A stretch of 64,000 bases of DNA from Candidatus Aminicenantes bacterium (GCA_963770045.1 CAVYOD010000022.1:41173-105172), one strand, 5' to 3'. Positions 54,004 to 64,000 are shown, counted from the first letter of the stretch. Notes: a model not told the origin generated them from the letters alone. Numbers and translations are program-made.

Positions 54004-56880
54004 ATGAAAACCCTGAGAGAGATCGCCGAATCATCGGCCCTCAAAGAAAGCCAGCTCCAACAGATCGAAGAGATCATTCTCAGCCACGGCCATTACACCC
54101 AGCTCGCCGTGCGGGACGAACTCGATTGGTTTTGCGCCGGGATCGGGATGAGCGACTTTTATTTCAGAACGACTCCCCTGGAAACCATTGCCAGCCACGT
54201 CGAGGCCCTCAAAGCGGCCGAGATCATGACCACGGTCCGGAACGAGAAGATCGTCCAGGTCGACCTCGGGACGGAGCATGAAAACGAGGCTATCTACCTG
54301 GTCGACGATTTCCACTATCGGGCCCTGGCGGTCGAGCGCCGGATCGAAGATAAGTATCCGCACTACAGGCTTCAGACCTATCGCACACTCCGCAAGGCTC
54401 TGGGGCTTGAGCATCTCCGGATGTATGTCGTCTACAAGCCCTCGTTTCCCAGCGAACAGGTGCTCAAGGATGAGACCGACATCACCAAGGTTGCAGATAA
54501 GACTTTTCTCAGTACCGTCCCCAAGGAAACCCTGGCCCGCTACAGGGATCTCCTCGAGAAATCCAAAGGCTATGAAACCCCGCTGATCGATGTCTGTTTC
54601 GAGCCCAAGTCCAAAGAAGTGCGCATTACCGTGGTCACCAACCGCGAATCAAGCTTGCACTTTTTCTCCAATGTGTCCGACGTCCTTCACTCGCACGGCC
54701 TCGTCTCCAACCGGAAGTACATCGAGCATTTCAATAACGGCAAGACCGTCTACACAATCTATATCAATGAGATCCAGGACGAGCGGCTGCTTCAGGACGT
54801 GATCGAGGATATCACGCTCATCTACGTCATCCCCGAAAGCCCGCTCTCCCAGCACTTCAGGGAGGGCAAGCTCAACGCCCAGGAGATGGTCTTTGGTGTC
54901 GCGGCCTGGAGCTTCGCCCATCAATTCCTGAGCGGCTACAACGAAGAGTATCTCAAGCTGGCCGATGTGCTCAAAGACTCTCCCGAACTGCTGGGCATCC
55001 TGAGGAATCTCAAAACCAAGCTGGCCAAAGACACTTACACCGAATCCCGGGTTTGGGACGCCTTTATGGATTGCTACGAATACATCAAAAAACTGTTCCG
55101 GCTTTTCAACAAAAAATTCAGCCCGGGCCAGCAGGACCACGGCATCAAATCCGAAATGGCCGAGCTCAAAAAGGAGATCGCCAGAAAACTCACCGTCGAA
55201 ATTGACCGAGCCATCTTTCTGGCCGCCGCCACCTTCATCGAGGTCATCCTGAAGACCAATTTTTATATCAAGGAAAAGACGTCGCTCTCCTTCATGCTCG
55301 ACGGCCGCTTCCTCAACAAGATCGACTATCCCGAACCGCCCTTCGGACTCTTTTTCGTCATCGGAAGCGACTTCCGCGGCTTTCACATTCGTTTCCGCGA
55401 TATCGCCCGCGGCGGGATCAGGATTGTCCGCTCCTCCAACATCCAGAGCTACCTCAACAACAGCGATTTCATCTTCGACGAGAATTACAACCTGGCCTCC
55501 ACCCAGCAGCGCAAGAACAAGGATCTTCCCGAGGGCGGGTCCAAGGGAACGATCCTTCTCCGCTGGGGTTTCCAGGACAAATCCGAATCGGCCTTTAAAA
55601 AATACATCGACGGGCTGCTCGATCTGATGCTGCCCGAAGATAACATTGTCGATTATTACGGGCAGGAGGTTATCCTCTTCCTCGGACCGGACGAGGGGAC
55701 GGCCGACCTCATGGAATGGGCATCCCTCAGGGCGCGGAGGAGGGGTTACAAGTTCTGGAGGGCCTTCACGACCGGAAAACCGGTCAGCATGGGCGGCATC
55801 CCACACGATCTCTACGGAATGACGACCAATTCGGTTCACGAGTTCGTCCTCCAAACACTCAACCGGCTGGGCCTCAAAGAGGAGGACGTCCCCAAGGTGA
55901 TGACCGGCGGCCCGGACGGGGACCTGGGCAGCAATGAGATCTTGATCTCCAAGGACAAGATCCTGGCCATCATCGACGGCTCGGGCGTGCTCTACGACCC
56001 GGAAGGGATCAACCGCAAAGAGCTGGAGCGGCTGGCCAGGGCCAGGAAGATGATCGAACACTTCAACGCCCAGCTGCTCTCTCGGCAGGGGTTTATGGTC
56101 AATGTCAAGGACAATGACCTGCGCCTGCCCAGCGGGGAAAAGGTCGAGAGCGGCCTGGAATTCCGAAATTCCTTTCATCTCGATCCGAGGTTCAAGGCCG
56201 ACCTTTTCGTCCCCTGCGGAGGCCGGCCGGCATCGATCAACATCAACAACTGGACGACCTACCTGGATGCCCAGGGGAAGCCCCGGTTCAAGATCATCGT
56301 CGAGGGAGCCAACCTGTTCATCACCCAGCAGGCCCGTCTCAGGCTCGAGGAGCAGGGGGTTATCATTTATAAGGACGCCTCGGCCAACAAAGGCGGCGTC
56401 ACCTCCTCCTCCCTCGAAGTGCTGGCCAGCCTGGCCCTTCACGATGAAGAGTATGATCAGCTCATGTGCATCAAAAACGGAAATGTCCCCGGGTTCCGGA
56501 AAAAATACGTTGAGGAGATCATCGAGATCATCAAGACAAACGCCCGGATGGAGTTCGAGGTCATCTGGAGGGAGCACGAGAGGAAGAACATCCCCCGGGC
56601 CATTCTGACCGATATGATCAGCGAGAAGATCAACCAGATCAAGGACTCCATCCTCAACTCGGACCTGTGGACGGATCAGGTCCTTTTCCGAAAGACAATG
56701 GAGTGCTGCATCCCGCCGGTTCTTATCAGCCAGGCCGGCCTCGAGAAGATCGTCGGGCGTGTCCCTCAGACCTACCTCAAGGCGTTGTTCGCTTCGCGTC
56801 TGGCCGGCCCGTATGTCTACAAATTCGGGTTGGATGCCAACGAGATCCATTTCTATCAGTTCCTGAAAGAGCTAAAGTAA
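54004..56880 (+). CDS. gdh: large (~108 kDa) NAD-type glutamate dehydrogenase
   Basis: 958-aa ORF. FRGFHIRFRDIARGGIRIVRSS and TQQRKNKDLPEGGSKGTILL match the large NAD-GDH class best known from fungi. Rossmann region TGGPDGDLGSNE. Confidence 0.7.
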   Translation: MKTLREIAESSALKESQLQQIEEIILSHGHYTQLAVRDELDWFCAGIGMSDFYFRTTPLETIASHVEALKAAEIMTTVRNEKIVQVDLGTEHENEAIYLVDDFHYRALAVERRIEDKYPHYRLQTYRTLRKALGLEHLRMYVVYKPSFPSEQVLKDETDITKVADKTFLSTVPKETLARYRDLLEKSKGYETPLIDVCFEPKSKEVRITVVTNRESSLHFFSNVSDVLHSHGLVSNRKYIEHFNNGKTVYTIYINEIQDERLLQDVIEDITLIYVIPESPLSQHFREGKLNAQEMVFGVAAWSFAHQFLSGYNEEYLKLADVLKDSPELLGILRNLKTKLAKDTYTESRVWDAFMDCYEYIKKLFRLFNKKFSPGQQDHGIKSEMAELKKEIARKLTVEIDRAIFLAAATFIEVILKTNFYIKEKTSLSFMLDGRFLNKIDYPEPPFGLFFVIGSDFRGFHIRFRDIARGGIRIVRSSNIQSYLNNSDFIFDENYNLASTQQRKNKDLPEGGSKGTILLRWGFQDKSESAFKKYIDGLLDLMLPEDNIVDYYGQEVILFLGPDEGTADLMEWASLRARRRGYKFWRAFTTGKPVSMGGIPHDLYGMTTNSVHEFVLQTLNRLGLKEEDVPKVMTGGPDGDLGSNEILISKDKILAIIDGSGVLYDPEGINRKELERLARARKMIEHFNAQLLSRQGFMVNVKDNDLRLPSGEKVESGLEFRNSFHLDPRFKADLFVPCGGRPASININNWTTYLDAQGKPRFKIIVEGANLFITQQARLRLEEQGVIIYKDASANKGGVTSSSLEVLASLALHDEEYDQLMCIKNGNVPGFRKKYVEEIIEIIKTNARMEFEVIWREHERKNIPRAILTDMISEKINQIKDSILNSDLWTDQVLFRKTMECCIPPVLISQAGLEKIVGRVPQTYLKALFASRLAGPYVYKFGLDANEIHFYQFLKELK

Positions 56881-56884
56881 AAAC

Positions 56885-56940
56885 GGGGAAGGGCTGCTTT
56901 TTTTCTTAAATCAAGGAAAGCAGCCTGTCCCCTTTTCCTT
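56885..56940 (+). terminator. intrinsic-terminator-like hairpin after gdh
   Basis: GGGGAAGGGCTGCTTT...AAAGCAGCCTGTCCCC stem followed by TTTTCCTT. Confidence 0.5.
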
Positions 56941-57097
56941 CTTGACAAGGCGGCGCGTTTTTATAAAAATATGCGCGTTGAAACTTTTTGGAACTTGGTG
57001 GCGCGGCCCAAAAAGTGAAGTTGTTTGTTTCGCGGACGGGGGGCTCGGCTAACACTAAAAAGCCCTCTGGATCGAGCGGCTCTCACAAGATAAGCGC

Positions 57098-59827
57098 ATG
57101 AAAGAGAAGGGCGACATGATCAACCGAAATAGAGGCGCGTTTTTTATTGTCTTGCTCTCATTTCTCGTTTTGACTGTATCCGGCCGCTTTTTTGGGACCA
57201 CAGGCAAATCCGGAACGACCGTTTCTCAAAAAGCAGGACCCGGCAAAAAAGAGAAGGTCGCAGCGGCCTCAACCCGGGTCATCGTCAAGTTCAAGAAAGG
57301 CGCCTTCAAGAACTTCGGCCTCAAGAAGATCAAGCATTTTCGGCTGATCGACGCTTATGTCTACGAAGTTCCGGCTGGAGAAACGGCCAAGGGCCTGGTG
57401 AAAAAGTTATCCTCGGACGGCAGCGTTAAGTATGCCGAACTGGACTACAAACAGTCCGTCGCCCAGACGATACCCAATGATGCCCTCTTCAACCAGCTCT
57501 GGGGTCTGCACAACACCGGCCAGACGGGAGGAACCGCGGGCGCAGACATCGATGCGCCCGAGGCATGGGACCACACCACGGGAAGCGGGGATATCGTGGT
57601 CGCGGTCATCGACACCGGAGTCGATTATAAACATCCCGACCTTGTTGATAACATCTGGACCAATCCCGACGAAATCCCGGGAGACGGAATCGATAACGAC
57701 GGAAACGGCTATATCGACGATGTCCACGGGATCAATGCCATAACCGGCAGCGGCGATCCTATGGATGATAACAGCCACGGCACCCACTGCTCCGGCACGA
57801 TTGGGGCCGTGGGCAATAATGGCATCGGCGTGGCGGGGGTCTGCTGGAACGTTAAGATCATGGGCCTCAAGTTCCTGGATTCCGATGGAAGCGGCTATAC
57901 TTCTGATGCGATCAGCTGCATCGAATATGCCATCGACAAAGGGGCCAACGTCATGAGCAATAGCTGGGGGGGCGGCGGCTATTCCCAGGCCCTCAGGGAC
58001 GCCATCGAGGCGGCCAAAAATGCCGGAATCCTTTTTATCGCTGCCGCTGGCAATGCCGGCACGGACAACGACGCAATCCCGTCCTATCCGGCCAGCTATG
58101 ATAATAACAATATCATCGCTGTCGCCGCCACGGACCACAATGACCAATTGGCCGGGTTCTCCTGTTACGGCCTTAACTCCGTGGATGTGGCCGCACCCGG
58201 CGTTAATATCCTGAGCACGATCCCCGGAGGAGGATACGATTCCTATTCCGGAACGTCGATGGCTACGCCGCATGTCTCCGGACTGGCAGCGCTCTTGAAG
58301 TCCTATGACCCGACCTGGACCTGGGACAAGATCAAGTCCCGCATCCTGGCCGGCGCCGTACCGCTGGCGAGTTTGAACGGGCTCATCCTGACCGGCGGCC
58401 GGATCAACGCCTACGACTCTCTCTTTGTCAACCTCGACACCCCGCACATTTATTCTATGGATCCCTCAGCCTGCGTCGTTGGAACCCCCGTCAAGATCCT
58501 CGGCTTTTCCTTTGGGGGCTCCCAGGGCGCCGGCTACGTGGAATTCGCCGGCAACGTCCAGGCGACCATCAATTCCTGGAGCGATGGCGAGATCGACTGT
58601 GTCGTTCCCGAGGGGACCCAGACTGGGGATGTTCACGTCTACGATGCCAATTCGGTCTCCAGCAACCCTTTTCCAGTTCCGCATCCAAACGCCTTGCTAT
58701 GCCGAGTCCCTCATTTCCAATGAGTTCCAGGGCGGCGGGACCGCACTTGGTTTCAAAACCGATGACGGGATCGTGGAATACGCGCTCCCCTTCGGCTTTA
58801 ATTTTTTCGGCACGACCTACCCGGCTGGGAACGATCATCCACATCTGTTCCAACGGCTACATCGATTTTGCCAGCACGGCGGCGGATTATGCCAACGCTC
58901 CCCAAAAGCTCAAATACAACGTCCGCATCGCGCCTCTCTGGATGGACCTGTTGACCAATGGGACGGCCCAAGCCGGAGAGGACGTTTATGTAACCCAGAC
59001 GGCGACTTCTCTGAAGATCCGCTGGGTCGCCGAGACTTTTTTATATGAGGACCCGATGGATTTCGAAGTCGTCCTCTCGGCCGACGGCCGCATAAAATTC
59101 AACTACGGACCCGGGAATGCGAATTTTCATTCCTATTGGTCCACCGGACCGACGATCGGCATCTCCTGCGGACAATGCGATTATTTTTATGATCTGTCCC
59201 AGTATGACAACATCACGAATCTCAATATGGTTGAAACAGACCTTTTTATACCGGGCAACATGCCGACCATTCAAGTGACCTCACCCGATGCGGGCTCAAT
59301 CTGGCTGAAGAAGTCCGCCCAGCAGATCACCTGGGCAAAATCGGGGGCCCAGGACTCGAATGTCAAAATCCAGCTCTGGCGGAACGCGAAGAAAGGTCAG
59401 AGACATCAAGGCCATCGCCCCTAACAATGGAAGCTATCCTTGGACCGTCCCCGGCGACCTGACGGCGGCTTCGAATTATTTCATCCGCATCACAACTCAT
59501 GATAACCTGGTTACGGATGATAGCCCGCTCTTCAGAATCACCGGCCCCACTTTCATTGTGACGGCACCTGATTCGTCAAGCGTCTGGCCGAGAGGGACGA
59601 CCCAGTCCATTCTCTGGACAAGATTGGGGACCCAGGGCGCAAAGGTCAACATTATCCTCCGGCGGAATGGTGTCAAGATCAAGGATATCGCCCTCGGCAC
59701 AGCAGACGACGGGAGTTATGATTGGAATATCCCGGCGAACCTGAAGGCCCAATCCGGCTATGTGATCCGGGTGAAGACGCCTAACGGAAAATATTGGGGT
59801 GAGAGTGCGCCGTTCGCCCTCAATTGA
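57098..59827 (+). pseudogene. secreted multi-domain S8 (subtilisin-family) peptidase, three +1 frameshifts as sequenced
   Basis: Signal peptide and I9-like propeptide. Catalytic triad VAVIDTGVD / HGTHCSG / GTSMATPHV. IPT/TIG-like segment, a middle domain, then two ~85-aa Ig-like repeats (ITW..NGSYPWTVP / ILW..DGSYDWNIP). Pieces 57098-58723, 58425-59048, 58699-59424 and 59360-59827 join at about 58664-58676, 58824-58834 and 59388-59396. Confidence 0.75.
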
Positions 59828-60110
59828 AATTGAAGGGGAGTTCCGTTATTGCTTGACTAATAGGCCCTTTTTCAATATCCTTGCTGGCGTAAATTCATAA
59901 GAGTTCCTTAAGGAGGAGAAGCGCCTGGGAGCAGAGTGGCCATTTCCGAAGTCCGGATGCGTCTCCTCGGTGGTGTCCTCTTTCCTTTTTTCCATCTAAA
60001 TTCTGGACGGGATTTCTTGGCAAGAAGGGAGGTGAGAATTCAAAAAGGGAGCAGAACAATGTCCAGGCTCTTGTTCGTCTAGTCAATCTCAGCAAAGGAG
60101 GATTTTAAGA

Positions 60111-61772
60111 ATGAAAGGTTTGATGAAACCGAAGTTTTTGTTGATACTTATGGTTGTCGGGCTGATCCTTTCTTGGTCCTTTGGCGGACCCGCCCCCGAC
60201 AAAAAAATGGGCAAGCTGACAACCCCAATCAAGCGAGCGGGGCAACCATTTCTCTCCGGCAAAACGCAAGCGGAAAAAGAAGCGATCATCGCCAAGATGA
60301 GCGGACCCCTCATGCTCAAACTGGCTAAGGTCCACGGCATCACGTCGATCATGGGTAAAGCCATCACCCAGGGCCCCTCCACCAAGTCCCCGGCAAATCG
60401 ACACACGATCGCCGAAAATCCGGTGGGCGCCGATCCCAACCTCATAGAGAACGAGCCGAGTATCACCGTGCACCCGAAGAAGCCCAATATCATAGTAGCC
60501 GCCTGTCACAATTACGTCGCCGGCGGCACCGTCAACATCGGGACTTACACCAGCCTCGACAGCGGAGCGACCTGGAGTTCGCCTGTCTTATTGCCCAAGC
60601 GTTTTCCGACGGACACCCTTTCGGATCCTGTGGTGAGGTTTGCTCCGAACGGTTCGTGCGTTTATGCTTCTTACCTGTCAATCAGGTATGACGGTTCAAG
60701 CGACGACGTCATGGTGACGAAGTCCACGAATTCTGGAAAAACCTGGCTGGCGCCGAAGGTGGCCATTTCGGGTGGTATGGACCTTGACCAGGACGGCACG
60801 GCGGATATGCCCGACAAACCCTGGCTTGACGTTCACCCCTTTCCGGATTCTTCAGCCGCCAACGGCATGGTCTACGTAACCTCCACGGTTTTTGGAAGCA
60901 CAGGACGCCCCTTTATCGTTTTCACTCGCTCCACAAATTCTGTTGGTTCCAACTCCTTCAACAGTTTGTGGTATTTTTACTATACCAACAACAGGACGGT
61001 CCAGGGCGCGAGGGCCATCGGCGGCCGAGGCGGAGATGTGCTGCTTTGCTTTTACTCGGCGTCCGATGATGGCTGGGGACCCGGTTCGGGTGGAGGCGGA
61101 TACTTCGATCTCGAAGCAATCAGGTTTACAGGCTACGGAGTCACGTCTTCGACCTGGGTGGACGCCATCTACCATGTGAATTATGAACTTCCCTACTGGC
61201 TGGGCCCTTTTGCATCTGGCCAAACGGTCGGTCAGTATCATCGGTGGTGGGGCGGAATGTTTCCCTCGGTCGCGATGACACCTGCTGGAGAGGCCTATAT
61301 CTCTTTTACGGCCGACCCGGTGTCGGGGCAGTCGGAACTGAGCTCCGAAGACGGCGATGTTTACTGGGCCAAAGCTTCCAGGCCCTATACAAACTGGACC
61401 TTACCGGTTGACCTCTCTACATACAACTCTAAAGCCCAGGGATATCCGACTATCTACGCCAAAAAGGTCACCGGAGGTGCCGTTATCACGGTTGCCTGGG
61501 AAGATCACACCTGGTCGATCGTTGATAACGAGCTCTATGATATCGTTGCCAGAGATAACACCGGGCTGACTGGCGGTTATCCGACCAGAATCACCGACTT
61601 TTCTTCTTATAGTGACTCTTTGTTCATCGGCGATTATATTGACAGCAGCGGTTCGGCGAGTGTTCTGGACAAAGTCGTTCACGTCGTCTGGACTGACCGG
61701 AGCGACGAAGTGACGGCCACAGATCATGATTCCGATGTCTATGAGGACATCATCCAGCTGATCATTCTTTAA
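60111..61772 (+). CDS. secreted BNR/Asp-box repeat protein (sialidase-fold-like), paralogue 1
   Basis: 553-aa ORF with AGGAGG RBS and a signal peptide. Asp-box motifs SLDSGATW and STNSGKTW. Confidence 0.7.
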   Translation: MKGLMKPKFLLILMVVGLILSWSFGGPAPDKKMGKLTTPIKRAGQPFLSGKTQAEKEAIIAKMSGPLMLKLAKVHGITSIMGKAITQGPSTKSPANRHTIAENPVGADPNLIENEPSITVHPKKPNIIVAACHNYVAGGTVNIGTYTSLDSGATWSSPVLLPKRFPTDTLSDPVVRFAPNGSCVYASYLSIRYDGSSDDVMVTKSTNSGKTWLAPKVAISGGMDLDQDGTADMPDKPWLDVHPFPDSSAANGMVYVTSTVFGSTGRPFIVFTRSTNSVGSNSFNSLWYFYYTNNRTVQGARAIGGRGGDVLLCFYSASDDGWGPGSGGGGYFDLEAIRFTGYGVTSSTWVDAIYHVNYELPYWLGPFASGQTVGQYHRWWGGMFPSVAMTPAGEAYISFTADPVSGQSELSSEDGDVYWAKASRPYTNWTLPVDLSTYNSKAQGYPTIYAKKVTGGAVITVAWEDHTWSIVDNELYDIVARDNTGLTGGYPTRITDFSSYSDSLFIGDYIDSSGSASVLDKVVHVVWTDRSDEVTATDHDSDVYEDIIQLIIL

Positions 61773-61815
61773 ATCAGCGCGGCAGTAGCCAGAATCTGAG
61801 GCTTCGACCAAACGA

Positions 61816-61850
61816 AGAGGGGAGAGCAGTGTGCTCTTCCCTCTTTTTTT
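61816..61850 (+). terminator. intrinsic terminator after BNR paralogue 1
   Basis: AGAGGGGAGAGCA-GTG-TGCTCTTCCCTCT stem followed by TTTTTTT. Confidence 0.7.
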
Positions 61851-61967
61851 GGGGGATAGGTTCCGAATTCAGAAATCCTGGTCTATTTCGCCAGATTATT
61901 CTCCGGGCCCGACTCTTGAACATTTCCGGTAGAATGAATGTTCCTTGGGCTGACCCCATTCAGCTGA

Positions 61968-61996
61968 TTGACATTTTCTCGATTTTTTTTTATCTT
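61968..61996 (+). promoter_or_regulatory. sigma-70-type promoter candidate for BNR paralogue 2
   Basis: TTGACA-17 nt-TATCTT. Confidence 0.4.
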
Positions 61997-62162
61997 AAAC
62001 GGCGGCATTTCAGGGCACCCAAAGGCATTTTCTTGTTTCGCAGAATATCTATTCTCAATGAAAATATCTCAGGGAGAAAGGGGGTGAGAGAGCGGAGAAC
62101 AGAACAAAAAATCTCAATGGGTTTTTCCTTAAAATGCGTTTAATGAAAGGAGACTTAAAAGG

Positions 62163-63851
62163 ATGAGCAAAACAAAAGTTTTCCTATGTTTTGTGCTTGT
62201 TGTCGCGATCGCCGGGCTTGCCTTTGGGCAGCCGGCTCCCGAAAAGAAGATCATTAAAATGGCACGCGCCCCGAAACCGGGCGGACTGCCGTTTCTTTAC
62301 GGCATGACGGCGACCCAGAAAGAAGAAATCCTCTCCAAGATGAGCGGTATGGCCATGATCCAGCTAGCCAAGAAGGCTGGGCTCACGGCCATCAGAGGAA
62401 AGGATATCACTCAATATCCCAAGCTGACAAAGTCTGCCGCTAATAGAATGACTCTTACGGACAGCCCCGTGGCCACTGACCCGAGTTACTATGAAAACGA
62501 GCCGAGCATCGCGGTCAGGCCCACGAGTCTAAATATCATCGCCCTGGCCTGTCACCACTATGCTGGTTCCGGCCCCGTCGATATCGTTGTCTACACGAGC
62601 TTTAACAGCGGCAGCACCTGGAGCGGACCTCATTTCGTGCCGAAGAGATACCCGACTGACACTCTCTCTGACCCGGTCATCCGCTACGCTCCGAATGGGA
62701 AATATCTCTATGCTTCCTACATGTCAATCAGGGCTGACGCCTCAAATGCCGACATTATGGTGACGCGGTCGACCAATAATGGCTTGACCTGGCAGGCGGC
62801 AAAAGTCGCGATCCCGGGTGCCGATTACGACGGCGATGGGAAAATCGATGTCCCCGATAAGCCGTGGCTGGATGTCCATCCGTTCCCGAATTCTTCAGCC
62901 GCCAACCCGATGGTTTATGTAACCTCCACGCTGTTCTTAGGCACTGGCGCGACCAATATCGCTTTTGTCCGTTCATATAATTACGCAACCTCATTCAGCG
63001 GAGGAATCTGGAGGCTTTCTTATACCGATAACAGGCTTATGCAGGGCTCGAGGCCAATCGGAGGTCTCAACGGAGACGTTTTTGTTTCCTTTTACGATGC
63101 AGGTAGCGACGGCTGGGGTCCGGGCAATAGCCTCAATCCCCCTTACAGTGGAGGCGGAGTCTTCGACATAAACGCAGTCCGCTTCTCAAACTTTGGCGCA
63201 ACTCTTAGCAATTGGGAATTTGCTGCCAAAGACGTGTCCTACGAGCTCCCCTACTATCTGGGCCCGGCTGACCCTGTTACCGGAAATGGGAAATATCACC
63301 GCTGGTGGGGTGGGATGTTTCCGTCTGTCGCCATGCTTCCCAATGGAACGGTTTTTATCGTGTTCACAGCCGACGACGTCGACCCGAGTGTCGATCCTTT
63401 CAACCCCGAATGCGGCCAGATTTATATTACCAGGTCTTTTTCACCCTATACTCAATGGATTCCCTTTTCCGGGCCAATTTCCGGTAATAATCCTGGCCAC
63501 GGCCACGGCTATCCGACGATCGGCGTGAAGAAGATAACCGGGAACGCTATTATCACTGTCGCCTGGGAAGACCATGGCTCTTCCCTAATCGATAACGAGC
63601 TTTATGATATTAATGCCATAAAGCATATTGACAGCATCCTACCACCCATCTTTCCCCTTGTGGTCAGCGACTTTTCTTCCTATTCCGACTACCTCTTCAT
63701 TGGCGATTATATTGACTGCGGCGCTTCCGCCAAAGTGACCACAAATGTCACAGATAGAGTGATTTACATCGTCTGGACAGACAGGAGTGACCAGACGACA
63801 ACCTCCGGTGAATCCGACGTCTGGGCTGACATGATCGAGCTCTTCTACTGA
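62163..63851 (+). CDS. secreted BNR/Asp-box repeat protein, paralogue 2
   Basis: 562-aa ORF with a signal peptide. SFNSGSTW and STNNGLTW. Colinear with 60111-61772 over its whole length. Confidence 0.7.
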   Translation: MSKTKVFLCFVLVVAIAGLAFGQPAPEKKIIKMARAPKPGGLPFLYGMTATQKEEILSKMSGMAMIQLAKKAGLTAIRGKDITQYPKLTKSAANRMTLTDSPVATDPSYYENEPSIAVRPTSLNIIALACHHYAGSGPVDIVVYTSFNSGSTWSGPHFVPKRYPTDTLSDPVIRYAPNGKYLYASYMSIRADASNADIMVTRSTNNGLTWQAAKVAIPGADYDGDGKIDVPDKPWLDVHPFPNSSAANPMVYVTSTLFLGTGATNIAFVRSYNYATSFSGGIWRLSYTDNRLMQGSRPIGGLNGDVFVSFYDAGSDGWGPGNSLNPPYSGGGVFDINAVRFSNFGATLSNWEFAAKDVSYELPYYLGPADPVTGNGKYHRWWGGMFPSVAMLPNGTVFIVFTADDVDPSVDPFNPECGQIYITRSFSPYTQWIPFSGPISGNNPGHGHGYPTIGVKKITGNAIITVAWEDHGSSLIDNELYDINAIKHIDSILPPIFPLVVSDFSSYSDYLFIGDYIDCGASAKVTTNVTDRVIYIVWTDRSDQTTTSGESDVWADMIELFY

Positions 63852-64000
63852 GGTCCGTTCTGAGCACCAGACCTTTTTACTTCCGTCCCGGTCCTGCGTT
63901 TTTTAGCTCGTCGCAGCTCAGCGCTCACTTTTTTTGAACTTGGACGAGGGCCGGGACGCGGAGTATGGGGGCAGGATGCACGGGGGACAGAGAAAAGGGT

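Noticed and set aside
54649-56850. 733-aa ORF on the minus strand
   Set aside because: It is antisense to the glutamate dehydrogenase gene, which has strong family motifs. The antisense product has none.
1-64000. CRISPR arrays, integrases or transposases, toxin-antitoxin pairs, restriction-modification or other defence systems
   Set aside because: I scanned both strands and all ORF translations. There are no regularly spaced direct repeats, no recombinase or nuclease signatures, and no small paired ORFs of TA type. The window's accessory content is redox/hydrogenase and signalling, not defence.

Overview
64-kb window from a moderately GC-rich, apparently anaerobic bacterium. Phylum cannot be assigned without a database search. 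All calls rest on reading the ORF translations and the DNA by eye; no searches were run.

Layout:
- 1-20.2 kb is mostly housekeeping: nadE (partial), rsmI, hsp20, comF, a dksA-like gene, rlmH, rsfS, nadD, obg, rpmA, rplU, tRNA-Val, then tRNA-Glu/tRNA-Lys and gatCA. This is interrupted by three things. First, a GC-richer segment holding a HEAT-repeat gene, a 3' remnant of tRNA-Asp and an OmpA-family gene. Second, a large multi-PAS/GAF histidine kinase broken by frameshifts. Third, a tandem pair of REC-PAS paralogues ending in GGDEF versus HD-GYP.
- 20.5-53.6 kb is a dense hydrogen/redox island.
  - (a) A co-directional array: hdrC, hdrB, hdrA N-part, a sensory [FeFe]-hydrogenase-like regulatory cassette, NuoE-like, ferredoxin, NuoF-like, a [2Fe-2S]/HdrA C-part fusion, then mvhDGA.
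  - (b) A Cache/HAMP histidine kinase plus a sigma-54 activator.
  - (c) A sulfhydrogenase-type (group 3b-like) four-gene [NiFe]-hydrogenase operon. Its large subunit is fused in frame to a maturation-endopeptidase domain.
  - (d) Two REC-only regulators, a hybrid kinase, a stand-alone maturation protease, hypB and hypA.
  - (e) On the opposite strand, a second paralogous hdrCB, hdrA-N, nuoE, fdx, nuoF, fusion locus without mvh and without the sensory cassette.
- 54-64 kb: a large (958 aa) NAD-type glutamate dehydrogenase, a frameshifted multi-domain S8 protease and two tandem secreted BNR/Asp-box paralogues.

Other signals:
- Three sigma-54 promoters, each preceded at about 110-135 bp by the same GGGGAAAAATGCC-like motif.
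- A roughly 90-nt structured repeat family (3 copies).
- A 19-bp inverted repeat bracketing a promoter-like sequence.
- About 10 single-base frameshifts concentrated in 7 genes.
- No CRISPR array, integrase, transposase or recognisable defence system was seen.
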